Below are positions 39,730 to 51,667 of a DNA stretch of 64,000 nucleotides, piece by piece; position 1 is the first letter of the stretch; each line of letters starts with the position of its first letter. A program made the position numbers and the translations under genes. Source of the DNA: a virus; IMG/VR virus record IMGVR_UViG_3300045988_105168, positions 1 to 64,000 of that record. One strand, written 5' to 3'. Below the pieces are notes generated by a model. The model saw only the letters and a program-made list of their open reading frames with translations. It had not been told where the DNA came from and did not search any database.

Positions 39730-40995
39730 TTACATCACCCCTTCTCCATAAGTATTAAAGTTTGCAATATTTGAACAGCTGATTGACATTTGGCATTGGT
39801 CTCCAATAGTATAAGAGATTGATTGAATTAAAAAACGTTCTCTTTGAATGTCATAGTATTGGTCTGTTATTGTAATTAAATTGTTTACAAATAATAATGG
39901 ATTGAATGATACATTGACACTCATAGTTGTTTTTAAAATACCAAATTTTCTTAATTCATAGTCCGCACGTTGTTGTGCTAAATCATCACTATAAATACTG
40001 CTGTCATTGATATATTCAATACGACGTCCAATTCTTTGCACGCACAATGGCGATGCTGGATTATTATTTTTAGCCATAGCCGAAAAGATTTCATTATTTA
40101 TATTATCCCCAACTACGTGTACTTCGTTTACTGCGTTTTCAAAATCATAATTGGCTGTCGCATTATAATAATCTCTTTCTGTATCTTCATAATCCCATAA
40201 TGAAGCCTTTTGAACGTCCAATGTTGTTTCGTTAATATTAATAAAACACAAGTTCCCTTGTGAGTTATAATACACTTCTGCATTTAAAATTGTACCGATT
40301 TCTAAAAGCATTTCTCCCAAAGTGCTTCCTGCGTCCTTTGACAAAGTATAAGGCATCTTTAATCCTGTGAACGCACGGTCATAAATGATTGGTTTTAAAT
40401 CTATTGGGGCACCAGAACCATTATCTAAAGTTAAAATACCAATAATTGCTTGCTCAATATCTGAGTTAACAGGTATTTCATATGTAGCCTCTAAAGTACC
40501 AGCTTTCCCCTCAAGCACCGCGAACTTATCAACAAGCGTCAAAGACACTTGCTTGTCTGAGTCTTGGTGACTTGCCGAAGGGTTCCCTAAAACATAAATT
40601 CCACGTGGGAACCAATATACTTGACCGTCGAATTCTAGCCCGACGTCAAATCTAAATCTGTTATGCACCCAAATTGTATTAATGCTTGGCGTGTATTTGC
40701 CATCTATATTAATTAAATTTATATTTACACTTTTTCTTTGTCCACTCTGATAATTCTCTGTAAAGTTACCAGAATTAATAATAATATCCTCTTGAGGAAT
40801 TTCATAGTTTATTGTTTCGTCTGGGTTAAGAACAAATAATCTAAAGCGTGGTTTATATACTGGACGCTTTAAAACATCTGTTAAATAACTCATACTAACA
40901 CTAGAACTATCAACTAAACGAAGGACTTCGCCATATTGACTCCATAAAGTTGAAGTAGATGTATCGGCTAAAGCCCTTGTATCGTAAGTCGCCAT
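39730..40995 (-). CDS. baseplate/tail-tip structural protein (421 aa)
   Basis: Position between the tape measure and the fibre cluster; no motif recognised. Confidence 0.4.
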   Translation of the reverse strand: MATYDTRALADTSTSTLWSQYGEVLRLVDSSSVSMSYLTDVLKRPVYKPRFRLFVLNPDETINYEIPQEDIIINSGNFTENYQSGQRKSVNINLINIDGKYTPSINTIWVHNRFRFDVGLEFDGQVYWFPRGIYVLGNPSASHQDSDKQVSLTLVDKFAVLEGKAGTLEATYEIPVNSDIEQAIIGILTLDNGSGAPIDLKPIIYDRAFTGLKMPYTLSKDAGSTLGEMLLEIGTILNAEVYYNSQGNLCFININETTLDVQKASLWDYEDTERDYYNATANYDFENAVNEVHVVGDNINNEIFSAMAKNNNPASPLCVQRIGRRIEYINDSSIYSDDLAQQRADYELRKFGILKTTMSVNVSFNPLLFVNNLITITDQYYDIQRERFLIQSISYTIGDQCQMSISCSNIANFNTYGEGVM

Positions 40996-41843
40996 TATCC
41001 TCCAATAATAGTAATGTTGTCGATGTCTTCAACTTCTACCCAACTAAATGTAATAGTATTAATTTGCTCTCTAGTCACATCGTCTGTTTGTGATGATGTG
41101 CCTGTAACCATTACTAACATCGCATTACCTTTTCTATCTTTTAATAACTTCATATTACCATCCGCACAGAATTCATTCCACTCGTCTAACATTGTATTAG
41201 GTTCAATATATTCAACTAAACTGCTAGTAGTCTTTTGAACGTTACCTAATAAACAAGTTAATGAACCTGTTGAATAGTTTAGTTTTCCAGAGGATACTTT
41301 AGGAAATCGTGTAAGATTGTTATAAGTAGTGTTGTTAAGAGTTTGCGTCCTAGCAGCACTTGAAATGTTTAAATTAAACTTCCATATGTCACCTGTTGTA
41401 TAATATAAGCCTTTTTCGCTTGTACTTGGAATAATATCTATTAAAGACCAATCCCACCAACAAGTTGAAACATCATTTGAAACTACGGCTTCAGAAATTG
41501 CCGACTCGTCTTCTTTAAAAATATAATATTTATATGTTTTGTTATTTGTAACACCATAGTCGGTCATTGATAAACCACCATCACCAAGTCTAGCAACATA
41601 TACTAATTGGTTAGTATCTTTGACCTCTCTATAAATAGAGAAATTATACCCTAAAGCAACATCGGCAACTCCTCCAGAAGTTGTTGTAGCATCGTCAAAT
41701 GTTACAAGAAATCTCGAATAGTTATTTAATACTGGTACGTACTTCGCAGCATTAAAAATATTCGCGTTCGTAGATGAACTTTCTTCTAAATGAAAGAAGT
41801 CTAATTTTACGTTATTATGCACTGTTAACCCTGTTAATAACAT
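40995..41843 (-). CDS. baseplate/tail structural protein (282 aa)
   Basis: Position; translationally coupled (TAATG) to the next gene. Confidence 0.4.
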   Translation of the reverse strand: MLLTGLTVHNNVKLDFFHLEESSSTNANIFNAAKYVPVLNNYSRFLVTFDDATTTSGGVADVALGYNFSIYREVKDTNQLVYVARLGDGGLSMTDYGVTNNKTYKYYIFKEDESAISEAVVSNDVSTCWWDWSLIDIIPSTSEKGLYYTTGDIWKFNLNISSAARTQTLNNTTYNNLTRFPKVSSGKLNYSTGSLTCLLGNVQKTTSSLVEYIEPNTMLDEWNEFCADGNMKLLKDRKGNAMLVMVTGTSSQTDDVTREQINTITFSWVEVEDIDNITIIGG

Positions 41844-41858
41844 ATTTTATCCTCCTTT

Positions 41859-44024
41859 TTATGTTGTAGGGAATATCTCTTCTATTTTAATTCCCGTATT
41901 TGTTATTTGAACTTTCCACCAGTGATTACATACACGTTCAAGTGAAGTTCCACCTTCTACCCAAGTATATGTGTCTGTCCAAGTCGCTGTATCATCCCAA
42001 ATATAGTCATTATTAATTTGGGCAATGTTTGCTGATGATAATACAAACACTTGAGATGTGTTGGTATAAAATGGAAGTTCTAAACTAATATCTGGATTTT
42101 GCACAAATATTAATTTATTTTTATCTATTTTGATTGTAAACTCGCCCTCACTATTTGCATCATCGGTTTCTGTTGTGATTAAATTTACAACTTCTTGATA
42201 TACACCGTTTTGGTCGTAGAAAAAGTTCCCATCTGGACTAAATTGCAGTGTAATATTAAAATCATCTGGTAGTACACAAAGTCCGTCTGGTGTTGACCAA
42301 GTTGCTGTATAACCGTGTGTATATAATGAGTTTACTGTATTGTATGGTGTATTATATAAGTATTGAAATCCTGTATTATTATAAATATTTGATAATACTC
42401 GATATGTGTCACCTGGCATTGGTGTATATGTAAAAGGATAGTCTGCAAGCATTGTTCCTACACCAGTTGTTGCGTTATATGAATTAATAACACCCGTGTA
42501 TCTTGTGCCGATTGTACGATATGGCTCAACTGTAGCTATATCTGCACCTTTAGCAATTTGAAAATTAAAAGTGGAATTAGTAAAAACAGTACCAATAGCT
42601 TGACTATTAATAAAAACTTGTAGATATAATTCAGTATCTTCTGTTAAAGTAAAATTTTGATTATATGACAAATTATATCTAGTGTTGTCACTAGCAGCTG
42701 TTATATAGGTTGTTGTTTTGCTAGAATCCTTTATATAAACCGCAAAACCAGCATTGGATGTATCTGGAAATGAAAAGCCACCACTTAATAATTGACTATA
42801 AGAATATGTGCCAGCAGCATATGTCCCCAATACAAAGCCCAAAATTTCTCCACTACTTGTTGTTGTCCCGTTAAGAGACATAGAATTTAAATTAAGCGTT
42901 CTGTTAAGACCTAAAGCTAAAGTCAATGTTTGTGTTGGAAGTAATATTAAATTTTTACCTTCAACATTAGCAGTAATTTGTACTTGGTCACCATTACCTA
43001 AGGTTTGATTGTCTTCAAATACAGCCTGAGTTAATGAATTAGCACCATCTTGAATTGTACCACTTGTCGCTCCTGAACTATTAGATACAGCCTCATTTTC
43101 TACTGGTGTTACCCACGAAACTTTAACTGCATTGTTCTTATCATCAAATGACGCTAATGGTTGTTGTAAATATTCTACGATGTCGTAAGATACAGTAAAT
43201 TCATACATATCTGTTGTAGATATAATACCCATATCATTTTCTACAGTCATTTGTATTAAATATTTATTTCCTGTTCTAAAACTGTCGTATGTATATGATA
43301 AATTAGCAGAATAAACTTTATCTGACGAAGCCACTAAAGAAATTGTTCCATCGTCGTTTCTTGTATATAAATCAAATTGATGATATACAATAGCAACATT
43401 ATCTGATTGTGTATATGTTCCTTGGAATGTATGATATTTTAATGTTAATGAAGATGGCACGTTACTAATAGCAACCGCAGGAGTTCGCCTTGCATAAACG
43501 ATATAGTCTGGCACGGTTTCAATAAAATCAGAGTAAATCTTATATTGTGTTCCTACAGCAGGTGCTGATGAAAATGCGCTACTAACAACGGCTACACCTG
43601 TATCACTATTATATGATGAAATTGTTTTTGTCTGACTATTGATTGTAATTGCCATACCAGCCTTGATGTTAATATTTGGTTGTAAGTATATAGTTGTTGT
43701 TGTACTTGTCGCCTGTACTAAACCATAAGTAATTAACATATCGGCAGTTGGTTGATATAATCTAACACGCCATTTATAGTTTGTTCCATTACTTAAAGCA
43801 ACAGTTGATGCATTTACTGGAATTTCTAATGTATCACCATTGTATGCATAATTAGTTAATGTAGTTTTTGAGCCAGTATAAATTTCGTTGTTGTCAAAAT
43901 CTACTATTAATAATTGATACGCAGATACATACGAATTAGTTTGAATTTCCATTGTAAACGTATTATCTAAAAGACCATCAATAGACACACCTGATGGTTG
44001 TACATTACGTGGTTGATAAATCAT
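41859..44024 (-). CDS. large distal-tail/baseplate protein
   Basis: First gene after the tape measure. AAGGAGG SD favours ATG 44024; the track gives 44030. Confidence 0.45.
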   Translation of the reverse strand: MIYQPRNVQPSGVSIDGLLDNTFTMEIQTNSYVSAYQLLIVDFDNNEIYTGSKTTLTNYAYNGDTLEIPVNASTVALSNGTNYKWRVRLYQPTADMLITYGLVQATSTTTTIYLQPNINIKAGMAITINSQTKTISSYNSDTGVAVVSSAFSSAPAVGTQYKIYSDFIETVPDYIVYARRTPAVAISNVPSSLTLKYHTFQGTYTQSDNVAIVYHQFDLYTRNDDGTISLVASSDKVYSANLSYTYDSFRTGNKYLIQMTVENDMGIISTTDMYEFTVSYDIVEYLQQPLASFDDKNNAVKVSWVTPVENEAVSNSSGATSGTIQDGANSLTQAVFEDNQTLGNGDQVQITANVEGKNLILLPTQTLTLALGLNRTLNLNSMSLNGTTTSSGEILGFVLGTYAAGTYSYSQLLSGGFSFPDTSNAGFAVYIKDSSKTTTYITAASDNTRYNLSYNQNFTLTEDTELYLQVFINSQAIGTVFTNSTFNFQIAKGADIATVEPYRTIGTRYTGVINSYNATTGVGTMLADYPFTYTPMPGDTYRVLSNIYNNTGFQYLYNTPYNTVNSLYTHGYTATWSTPDGLCVLPDDFNITLQFSPDGNFFYDQNGVYQEVVNLITTETDDANSEGEFTIKIDKNKLIFVQNPDISLELPFYTNTSQVFVLSSANIAQINNDYIWDDTATWTDTYTWVEGGTSLERVCNHWWKVQITNTGIKIEEIFPTT

Positions 44025-44086
44025 ACACATCCTCCTTTCTTTTATGTATGTTTAGCACCAAAGGGCACCGACATTTATGTCGGCAC

Positions 44087-47000
44087 CTATTGATGTTTTG
44101 TTATATTTACTAAAGATTTTAATTCTGTTACAAATTGTCTAGCATTAGTTACATTTGGTAATTCAATATTACCGAAGTTGTAATTAGTTACAGCGCCACC
44201 ACCAGTAGGTAAATTACTTGTTGTTTGTGGTCGTATTAAACTAGACAACATATTTCTCATTTGGTCGTTATTTAATACAAACTCTGGTTTTGATTTACTT
44301 CCGTGAAGCATTGCTAAACCAGTGTAGTCAACCATACCTCCGTTAGCATATCCTGGAATTGTAAGTGTTTGACCTGGATAAATACGATTTGGATTGCTTC
44401 CGATAACTGACTTATTAGCCTCATAAATCTTTTTCCAAGAAATACCATACTTGCTACCAATACCACTAAGCGTATCACCACTTCTAACAGTATATGTTTT
44501 ATTATTAGAAGTTTGTGTTTTAGGTGCGCTACTAGACGTAGTTGTTGTTGGTGTGTTATATCCACTCAACTTATCAGCAGGTGTATTTTCTAGGTCAGCA
44601 ATCTCCTTCATTGTTGCTAAATAGCCTTGTTTGTATTTTTCTAATACATCAAGACGTTGTTGTAAGATTTGAGCTTCAGCATCAGCACCCAACTGATTTG
44701 CTAAAGTTATTCTTGCCTGTTGTGTTTCATAATCATCAGCAACACTCTCCCAAGACTCTTTATATTTTTCCCAAGCATCGATTTGCTCTTCAATCGCACT
44801 AATTGCTTGTTCTTTTTGTTCTTCGATTGCTCTAATTTCTTCTTCGTTGTTAAATTCATCAAGTGCTTCTTGAGCCTCTCTGATTGCCTCTTGGTCTGCT
44901 TCCCAAACCCAACCAATACCTTCGCGCCATACACGCTTAGTCTTTTCAGCCTTAGCGTTCGCAAGTGCCTCTTGAAGTCTAGCTAATTCTAATTCTCTTT
45001 CAGTTTCTTCGTTAGCCTTTTCTTTATCTGCAATTAATTGGTCATAATACTCTTCTTGTTCATCTCTAAGTTGTTGTAACTTCTCAATCTCATCTTCGAT
45101 AATACCAACGGCAGCCTCTTCAGCAGTATCATAATCATCTTTTTGTTTGTCAGCTTTGTCTTGAAGACCCTTTTTAATTTTATCAGCAAGTTCGTTCCAA
45201 GCGTCAGTACCTTGTTTATAAGCTTTAATTAATTCTTTTAGTTTCTTGATATATTCATCAAGACTAATAGAACCACGCTTATAATCGTCTTCAACCTTAG
45301 TTAAACGTTGTTTTTGAAGTTCTTCGTTTATCTTACGCCAAGCTTCTGTACCTTTATTAACACGTCCTAATAAATTATCAAGACCACTAATATATTGTTC
45401 AATAGTAATTTCATTATATTTGAATTGGTCTTTAAGATTTTCAAGCTCAATCTCCCACCATTCTTTTTCTGACTTAGAAGAAGATTTACTTGAACTTGAT
45501 TTTTTTGCACTACTAGATAAAGTTCTATTCCATAATTTATCTATAGCATTGAATTGATTTTGTACATTTTGGACAATAGCATCCATTAATGCTTTATTAT
45601 CTTCGGTCACACCTTCTACCGCTTTGTATTCCGCAGCCTTTTTAGCTAATTCTTCATATGCAGTACCAGTATTACCTAATTGTGTTTCTAATAAACCATA
45701 TTTTTCTTTTAATTTTTCTATTGCCGCAGCATCATTATTGGCAGCTACAATAGCTAATTCATCATAAGCAATTTGTAATATCTTTGCTTTAGTTTCTTGT
45801 AGTTGTGCTTGAGCTAAGGCATCTAAAGCACTAATATTATCTTTAATTTGACCATTCTCATCAAACAAATATTGTAAGTACTTAGGTTCTAAATCCAACA
45901 AAGACATTAAAGTGTCCATAGTTATATAACCATATTCGTTATATTCCTCAAGCGCTCCCTCTAATGTACTATATGCATCACCTAAAGTATCAAGTTGTTC
46001 TTTTAATGTTTCTATCTCTGATGATAGTGTAATTATTTCATTTGATGCGTCATTTGTAACTTTTACTACACCAGGTTCGATAAGACCTAATTCTTCTAAT
46101 CTAGCAATAAATTCCTCAACAGGAACTCCAGCCTCATAAGCAGCAGATGCAATTTTTTGCATAGCTTGATAAGTATCTAAACCAAATTCGTCTAAATCCC
46201 ATTCATCAGCATTATAAAGTTCCGCCAATTCTTTTATGGCATCAGCATTTAAATCTAAACCATTTAAATGAGATATGGCGCCTTCTATACCGTTTTCGGT
46301 GTTTTTTATTTCTTCATCTATTTTAGCGTTCTGTAATTGTTTTTCCCAACCACCAAGTAAATTAGTAAAGAAATTTTTCATTATAGGGTCATCATTAATT
46401 CCATTTACAAATGTTTGGAATGACGCTATATCTTGTTCTGCCTTTTGCATACCTTCAGTATCGCCAGATGCGACAGCTTTTGCATATGCTTTTTCAGCCT
46501 CTAAAAACTTACCATATTCTTTACTATATTTTTCTTCTGTTAATGCTCTTGCTTCAGCGGCTTGATTTAATACTTCTTGATGTTTTTTAATATATTCATC
46601 AACTTCGCCAAGCTCTTTTTCAATCGCTGTTTTAGCAGCTGTTATTTCTCCTTCTGTTAAATCAAATTGAGACGTCCAATTTTCATCATCTAATAATAAT
46701 AAAGAATTTTCTAGTGACTCTTTTACCTCTTCAGCAGTACCTTCAAACTTAAAAGCGTAATCTTCGTATTTTGTAAAAATATCGCCTAACCAATTTGTAA
46801 ATCCACCAGTATTAGTTCCTGCCCAATCAGCACCTATTGCCTCCTGAACAACCTTAGCCTTATCCCAACTTGCTAATTCTAATTGTATCCAATCTCCAGC
46901 ATCTTTGTTATCACCATAATAATCTCTTTTTAATGCTGATTTAGAACTTGCGATAGCGGCACTGTTATCATCTAAATACTTTTGTGCATTCTTTTTCTCT

Positions 47001-48904
47001 ATTTCTGTTAATTTCTCAATTTCTTCGTCTAATTTTCCATTAACTAAATCAATACCAGAAGCCTGTTCTCCATACTTATCTACTATATCTTTTTGGATGT
47101 CATAAATTTGACCCTTTAGAGCAATTTGTTCTGATAGCGTATGTTGCTCTTCGGTTAATGATTTCTTTAACTCTTTATATTTGTTTATTTGTTCATCTAA
47201 TGATGCATTGTCACTATCTAATGTATCACCGTTTGCTAGTGCCTCGTCAGCTAATTCGCTTTCTAATTCTCTTTGTTCTTGTAACGCCTTTTGTTGTCTT
47301 TCTGTATACTCGTCTAATAAACCAGTAATAATAGTAATAGCAGCAGCGGCAACACCAAAGGCTATTTGAGTTTTTAAAGCGCCCGCATTAAGTTTTTGTT
47401 GAGCTATCATAGCACGCTTTTCAGCGGCTGTTAAATCCTTATACCCTTGAACATTTTTATATAAAAATTTACCAAGTCCTTGTTCTCCTTTTGTTAAGTA
47501 AACAAGACTTTTTACGATATTGTTGTTCATTAACGCATTGGCTTTCATAGCCGTTGTTAAAGTTGTCCATATTTTTGCCCCGCCTTTTAACACTAGGAAC
47601 ACAGCGGTCATTTTGGCTATAAACTTCACAGCATCACTGTTGGCTATTTTTAATAGGTTTGTACCAAAGTCAACAACATCTTTAATAAAATCACTTTCAA
47701 TAAAACTATTCGCCAATTCTTCAAATGCACTTTGGAAAGCCTTTACTTTTCCCTCAATACTATCCATTACTTTAGCATTTTCGGCCATTGCGCTTCCTTC
47801 AGAGTTTAAGGCTGTTTCTGTAGCAGCCAACGCTGTTTCAAAGTTATTTAAAATTGCAGCAGCGTTTTGTGCTTGATATTTACCAGCAATAGTTTCTGTG
47901 ATATACGCCTTTTCAGCAGCAGTAGCCTCTTGATAAACAGGCGCTAAATCTTTTAAAATTTCATAAGTATTTTTTAATGAACCATCAGTTTTATAAACTG
48001 ATAGGTGTAGTTTTTTAAATAATGCCTCCATTTGAGCTATTAACTCTAAACTTTCTTCACCCTCATCGTCCATACCTTGTAAACGTAATGTAATTGTTTT
48101 TAAACCATTTGATACTTTTGATGCATTACGAGTGATTTCTGTACCAGCAGTTAATAAACCAATCATTTGCTCGTAACTGTTACCAGCATTCGCCATTACA
48201 GCTGACGATTTACCTAAGTTATTTGCAATATCTGCCGAACTAACCGCATATTTATTAGCAACCTCATTTACGGCATCAATAATATGAATTGCTTGTTCTG
48301 CTTCAATATTAAATGCCTTCATTTGTGCAATCATAAATTCCGCAGACTCAGCAGCACTTACCTCCTCATCGGCGATATTTGTATACATTAACGCTAATTC
48401 TCCAAGTTTTAATACTTGGTCTTCTGAATAACCAGCCTTAGCAAATTCAGTTGCTGCTTGTACCATTTCAGTTCCCGTCTTAGCAACAGCCTCAGCAGCA
48501 TTATAAGCATCTTGTGTAAATTTTTGTAAAGACTCACCTTCTAAATCCGTTACCTTACGTAATTCTGTTAAAGCACTATCTAATTCAGTAACTTCTGCAA
48601 TCATATCTTTAATGGTATTAATCGTTTGATAGAATACTGTTGTTACCGACATATATGTTGTAAATGATTGAAATGCTTTAGTCCAAGAATATTGCCATTT
48701 ATTAGCGTCAGCTTGACCTTGACGAGCTGTTTGATTTAATCTTTCTAATTCCTTATTTGCTGAAGCAACCTTTTTGGAGTCAATTTTTAATTGTAGATTA
48801 GCCACTTTAGTTTCTAATGACTTAATTTGACTATTTAACTCTGTAACTGTTTTTTGACTGTCGTCAATCTTTGCTGACAACTTAATATAATAATCCTTAT
48901 TCAT
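44087..48904 (-). CDS. tape measure protein with an embedded LysM domain
   Basis: 1605 aa, extended coiled-coil/Ala-Glu-Lys-rich sequence, hydrophobic segment, Lys[18 protein letters not shown]...PGQTLTIP near the C-terminus. Confidence 0.85.
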   Translation of the reverse strand: MNKDYYIKLSAKIDDSQKTVTELNSQIKSLETKVANLQLKIDSKKVASANKELERLNQTARQGQADANKWQYSWTKAFQSFTTYMSVTTVFYQTINTIKDMIAEVTELDSALTELRKVTDLEGESLQKFTQDAYNAAEAVAKTGTEMVQAATEFAKAGYSEDQVLKLGELALMYTNIADEEVSAAESAEFMIAQMKAFNIEAEQAIHIIDAVNEVANKYAVSSADIANNLGKSSAVMANAGNSYEQMIGLLTAGTEITRNASKVSNGLKTITLRLQGMDDEGEESLELIAQMEALFKKLHLSVYKTDGSLKNTYEILKDLAPVYQEATAAEKAYITETIAGKYQAQNAAAILNNFETALAATETALNSEGSAMAENAKVMDSIEGKVKAFQSAFEELANSFIESDFIKDVVDFGTNLLKIANSDAVKFIAKMTAVFLVLKGGAKIWTTLTTAMKANALMNNNIVKSLVYLTKGEQGLGKFLYKNVQGYKDLTAAEKRAMIAQQKLNAGALKTQIAFGVAAAAITIITGLLDEYTERQQKALQEQRELESELADEALANGDTLDSDNASLDEQINKYKELKKSLTEEQHTLSEQIALKGQIYDIQKDIVDKYGEQASGIDLVNGKLDEEIEKLTEIEKKNAQKYLDDNSAAIASSKSALKRDYYGDNKDAGDWIQLELASWDKAKVVQEAIGADWAGTNTGGFTNWLGDIFTKYEDYAFKFEGTAEEVKESLENSLLLLDDENWTSQFDLTEGEITAAKTAIEKELGEVDEYIKKHQEVLNQAAEARALTEEKYSKEYGKFLEAEKAYAKAVASGDTEGMQKAEQDIASFQTFVNGINDDPIMKNFFTNLLGGWEKQLQNAKIDEEIKNTENGIEGAISHLNGLDLNADAIKELAELYNADEWDLDEFGLDTYQAMQKIASAAYEAGVPVEEFIARLEELGLIEPGVVKVTNDASNEIITLSSEIETLKEQLDTLGDAYSTLEGALEEYNEYGYITMDTLMSLLDLEPKYLQYLFDENGQIKDNISALDALAQAQLQETKAKILQIAYDELAIVAANNDAAAIEKLKEKYGLLETQLGNTGTAYEELAKKAAEYKAVEGVTEDNKALMDAIVQNVQNQFNAIDKLWNRTLSSSAKKSSSSKSSSKSEKEWWEIELENLKDQFKYNEITIEQYISGLDNLLGRVNKGTEAWRKINEELQKQRLTKVEDDYKRGSISLDEYIKKLKELIKAYKQGTDAWNELADKIKKGLQDKADKQKDDYDTAEEAAVGIIEDEIEKLQQLRDEQEEYYDQLIADKEKANEETERELELARLQEALANAKAEKTKRVWREGIGWVWEADQEAIREAQEALDEFNNEEEIRAIEEQKEQAISAIEEQIDAWEKYKESWESVADDYETQQARITLANQLGADAEAQILQQRLDVLEKYKQGYLATMKEIADLENTPADKLSGYNTPTTTTSSSAPKTQTSNNKTYTVRSGDTLSGIGSKYGISWKKIYEANKSVIGSNPNRIYPGQTLTIPGYANGGMVDYTGLAMLHGSKSKPEFVLNNDQMRNMLSSLIRPQTTSNLPTGGGAVTNYNFGNIELPNVTNARQFVTELKSLVNITKHQ

Positions 48905-48910
48905 CTATTC

Positions 48911-49420
48911 TCACCTCCTGCTTATCCCATATTTTTTAAATTCTTTATCTAACCATTTTGTTATTTTTTCATCTATACCATTTAAATACGAAGTCCAATA
49001 TCCTGTAGAAGTTCCACCCTCTGCCAAATAGTTGGCACCTCCGTTATAAGAATAGTAATCGTTACTTGTTAAATCATTTAAAATCCATACCATATCATTA
49101 CGATAATCTTTACCACTATTACCACCGTGGCTCATTTGACTATTCTCATTATCAGCGCTTGGAGCAATTAAACGACGTCCATCAAATCCGAGTGCACGCA
49201 CATATTTTTCCATATAATCGATATACCAACCACTATAAAAACCACCTTGCTCAAAATAACGATGATATTCTCCTTCTGAAGCTGCGTAAATAGTATCTCT
49301 TAAATGTCTTTGAAAATCATCTAGCAACATCTTAGAAACATTGTCTAAAACGGTCTCCAAAATATGATTTAATTCCTTTTGTAACTGTCCTGCGTTTGAC
49401 GTATAATTGAATGTAGCCAT
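48911..49420 (-). CDS. hypothetical protein upstream of the tape measure
   Basis: AAGGAG SD favours ATG 49420 (MATFNYTS...); the track gives TTG 49441. Confidence 0.5.
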   Translation of the reverse strand: MATFNYTSNAGQLQKELNHILETVLDNVSKMLLDDFQRHLRDTIYAASEGEYHRYFEQGGFYSGWYIDYMEKYVRALGFDGRRLIAPSADNENSQMSHGGNSGKDYRNDMVWILNDLTSNDYYSYNGGANYLAEGGTSTGYWTSYLNGIDEKITKWLDKEFKKYGISRR

Positions 49421-49456
49421 AAACGCAACTCCTTTCTTCAATTTTTGTTATTTCCT

Positions 49457-49484
49457 AAAAAAAAGAAGACTTATTCGTCTTCTT
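49457..49484 (-). terminator. intrinsic terminator
   Basis: Minus strand AGAAGAC-GAATAA-GTCTTCT followed by T8; overlaps the stop of 49471..49968. Confidence 0.65.
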
Positions 49485-49968
49485 TTGCAATAGTTTTACC
49501 AACAATTTCATTATGTTCGTCAATAACCTTTTGCCATTCTTTTGGTAGTTTATTAACCAACTTTGTCATTGTTTTTGCATCTGGTATTTTTTCCATTATA
49601 AAATTAACAAGTTTATTTAAGTTATTATCTAATACGCTTTCAACACTAACCATTTGTTTTGATAAAGACATCATTAAATGATACGCCTCATCGGCATTAG
49701 TAACCACTCTTAATAATTCATAATGTGTACCGATATTATAATACTTGTTATAATCTTCAATATTATCAATATCGTAACCCTCGATACAAATACTAAACAA
49801 TAAAGCATAAAAATTTGTAATCATTGCTAAAGGACTATAACTATATCCGTCAATATCTCCTTCTTGATTGTAAATTTTTAACACTTCTCCTAATATATAA
49901 TTTACTTCTCCATTTGTCAAATAATCTTGTTTTAATTTGATTTTTTCATTTTTTACAGTAATTTCCAT
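49471..49968 (-). CDS. hypothetical acidic protein (165 aa)
   Basis: ORF track; AAGGAGG SD. Confidence 0.55.
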   Translation of the reverse strand: MEITVKNEKIKLKQDYLTNGEVNYILGEVLKIYNQEGDIDGYSYSPLAMITNFYALLFSICIEGYDIDNIEDYNKYYNIGTHYELLRVVTNADEAYHLMMSLSKQMVSVESVLDNNLNKLVNFIMEKIPDAKTMTKLVNKLPKEWQKVIDEHNEIVGKTIAKEDE

Positions 49969-49981
49969 AAAAACATCCTCC

Positions 49982-50500
49982 TTATTTTCTATTATTATCT
50001 TTTATATATGCAAGACCTAAACAAATTGCTTCTGCCTTATCATCGTCTGTATGTTTTGTTTTTGTTTCCGTCTTACTATACACGAACCCTAAACCATAAA
50101 TTTCATTAATTTTATCTACGGCCTTTTGTTTTTGTATATCTCTTTTCATACCTTGTCTTGTCCCGTCATATGTTCCAATAATACTCCTCCAAGACGATGG
50201 CGCATAAAAAGTATATGCAATATTATATTTGAAGCACAATGATAAAATTGCCCCCTGTAAAATACATAAATCTTTACCAGTTTTTAAATTATTGTGGCTC
50301 GTCACAGGGACGTCTTCAAATACCATTTGTGTTATATTGTTTTCATTAATAATATGCTCTATAGCGTCATAAACTTCTTTAATTCTTTCTCTAGGCTCCT
50401 CACTGGTTGTACGAATAATTCCATAATCATAAAGATTAGCCTGTTCATCAAGTAGGCCATACCCAGTTTTCTTGGTAGCCATATCAAGCCCTAAAATCAC
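49982..50500 (-). CDS. RuvC-like Holliday junction resolvase
   Basis: ILGLDMATKKTGYG (first catalytic Asp), VFEDV, C-terminal DDDKAEAI; GTG start. Confidence 0.65.
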   Translation of the reverse strand: MILGLDMATKKTGYGLLDEQANLYDYGIIRTTSEEPRERIKEVYDAIEHIINENNITQMVFEDVPVTSHNNLKTGKDLCILQGAILSLCFKYNIAYTFYAPSSWRSIIGTYDGTRQGMKRDIQKQKAVDKINEIYGLGFVYSKTETKTKHTDDDKAEAICLGLAYIKDNNRK

Positions 50501-50518
50501 TGTACGACCTCCTTTTTT

Positions 50519-50719
50519 TTATCTAAGAATACTTTTATTTTGATTGCCCTTTTTTCTCTGTTTCATATTTCTTTTTAATTGTTCGTGTTTTTGTTGTTCT
50601 TCTAATCTCTGAGAGACATATTCCCATATTGACTCTCTAAATAAGTTTATATAAACTGGTAAAACAATAAACAAACTAACGAGAATTATTAACACGAGCC
50701 CCAGGACTGCATCAATCAC
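50519..50719 (-). CDS. small membrane protein (66 aa)
   Basis: N-terminal TM helix; GTGA overlap with the upstream stop. Confidence 0.5.
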   Translation of the reverse strand: MIDAVLGLVLIILVSLFIVLPVYINLFRESIWEYVSQRLEEQQKHEQLKRNMKQRKKGNQNKSILR

Positions 50720-51645
50720 TTTCTTCTCACCAACTTTTTAGTATTAAATGTTTCTAGTTCTTGAGTAATATTTTGAATTTGACCTTTGTCATTCATTTCA
50801 ACATCAACCCACCAAACAGATTTATCATTAGCAAAACCCATACTTCTAGCAAAAGGTGTTAAGTCCTCTAAACACGAAGTTTGGAAGCAATGTGTATCAT
50901 CTTGTTTCATATAAAAACTTTGATGAATATGACCTGTTTGTAATATATGAGGTCTTTCCTCTAACGGAATTGAGTCTAAATACTTTTGTACCTTATAAGA
51001 TTTAGCATAAGCATTTCCACCTTTTCCGTGGAATAATCTAACTTTTAATTTACCAATCTTCATATCGGCAACATCACTACCCAAATAAACTATATCATCT
51101 CTTCTATTTGCAATAGCCTTAACTATTTCTGAACCTGTGGACTTATACCACCAATCATCGTGATTGCCACTAATAACATAAGTTTTACCATCAAATGTCG
51201 GGTATTTTTCAACACAATAATCTACTTGCCCCTCATAAGACGGCTCTCTAAGTTCATAAATATGCTCAGGTCTATTTGAACGACCATCTGTAAAATCTCC
51301 GCTGTGTAAAATATGTTTTACGCCTCTTTCATCAGCTTTCGCGTATAGATACCTCAAAATATCTAAACGGTCATATTTACTACACAAATGTGTATCACTA
51401 ATAAGCAATAAAGGTATGTGCGAACTAGACGCTTCAACTTGATATACATCATTAATTTTAGGTGGCGTTTTTAATCTTACCAATTCCCCATTGATATAAT
51501 CAATTAATTCACCGTCTTGTTTCATTAAGCCTATTAACCCTATCACTTCGTAATCTTTAAGTTGTAATTCATTACAAATTTCAATAAAACCTTTTTTCTT
51601 CTTGACTAAATATTTTATCTTATTACAAAGTTCTTTAGTTTCCAT
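50716..51645 (-). CDS. metallophosphoesterase with an N-terminal wHTH-like region
   Basis: Motifs SDTHLCS, GDFTDG, GNHD, GHIH. Confidence 0.7.
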   Translation of the reverse strand: METKELCNKIKYLVKKKKGFIEICNELQLKDYEVIGLIGLMKQDGELIDYINGELVRLKTPPKINDVYQVEASSSHIPLLLISDTHLCSKYDRLDILRYLYAKADERGVKHILHSGDFTDGRSNRPEHIYELREPSYEGQVDYCVEKYPTFDGKTYVISGNHDDWWYKSTGSEIVKAIANRRDDIVYLGSDVADMKIGKLKVRLFHGKGGNAYAKSYKVQKYLDSIPLEERPHILQTGHIHQSFYMKQDDTHCFQTSCLEDLTPFARSMGFANDKSVWWVDVEMNDKGQIQNITQELETFNTKKLVRRK

Positions 51646-51667
51646 AGACGGCCTCCTAAAAATGTCA

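Noticed and set aside
48911-49968. Canonical tail-assembly chaperone pair with a -1 programmed frameshift upstream of the tape measure
   Set aside because: The two ORFs do not overlap, a strong terminator lies between them, and I found no slippery heptamer at the junction.
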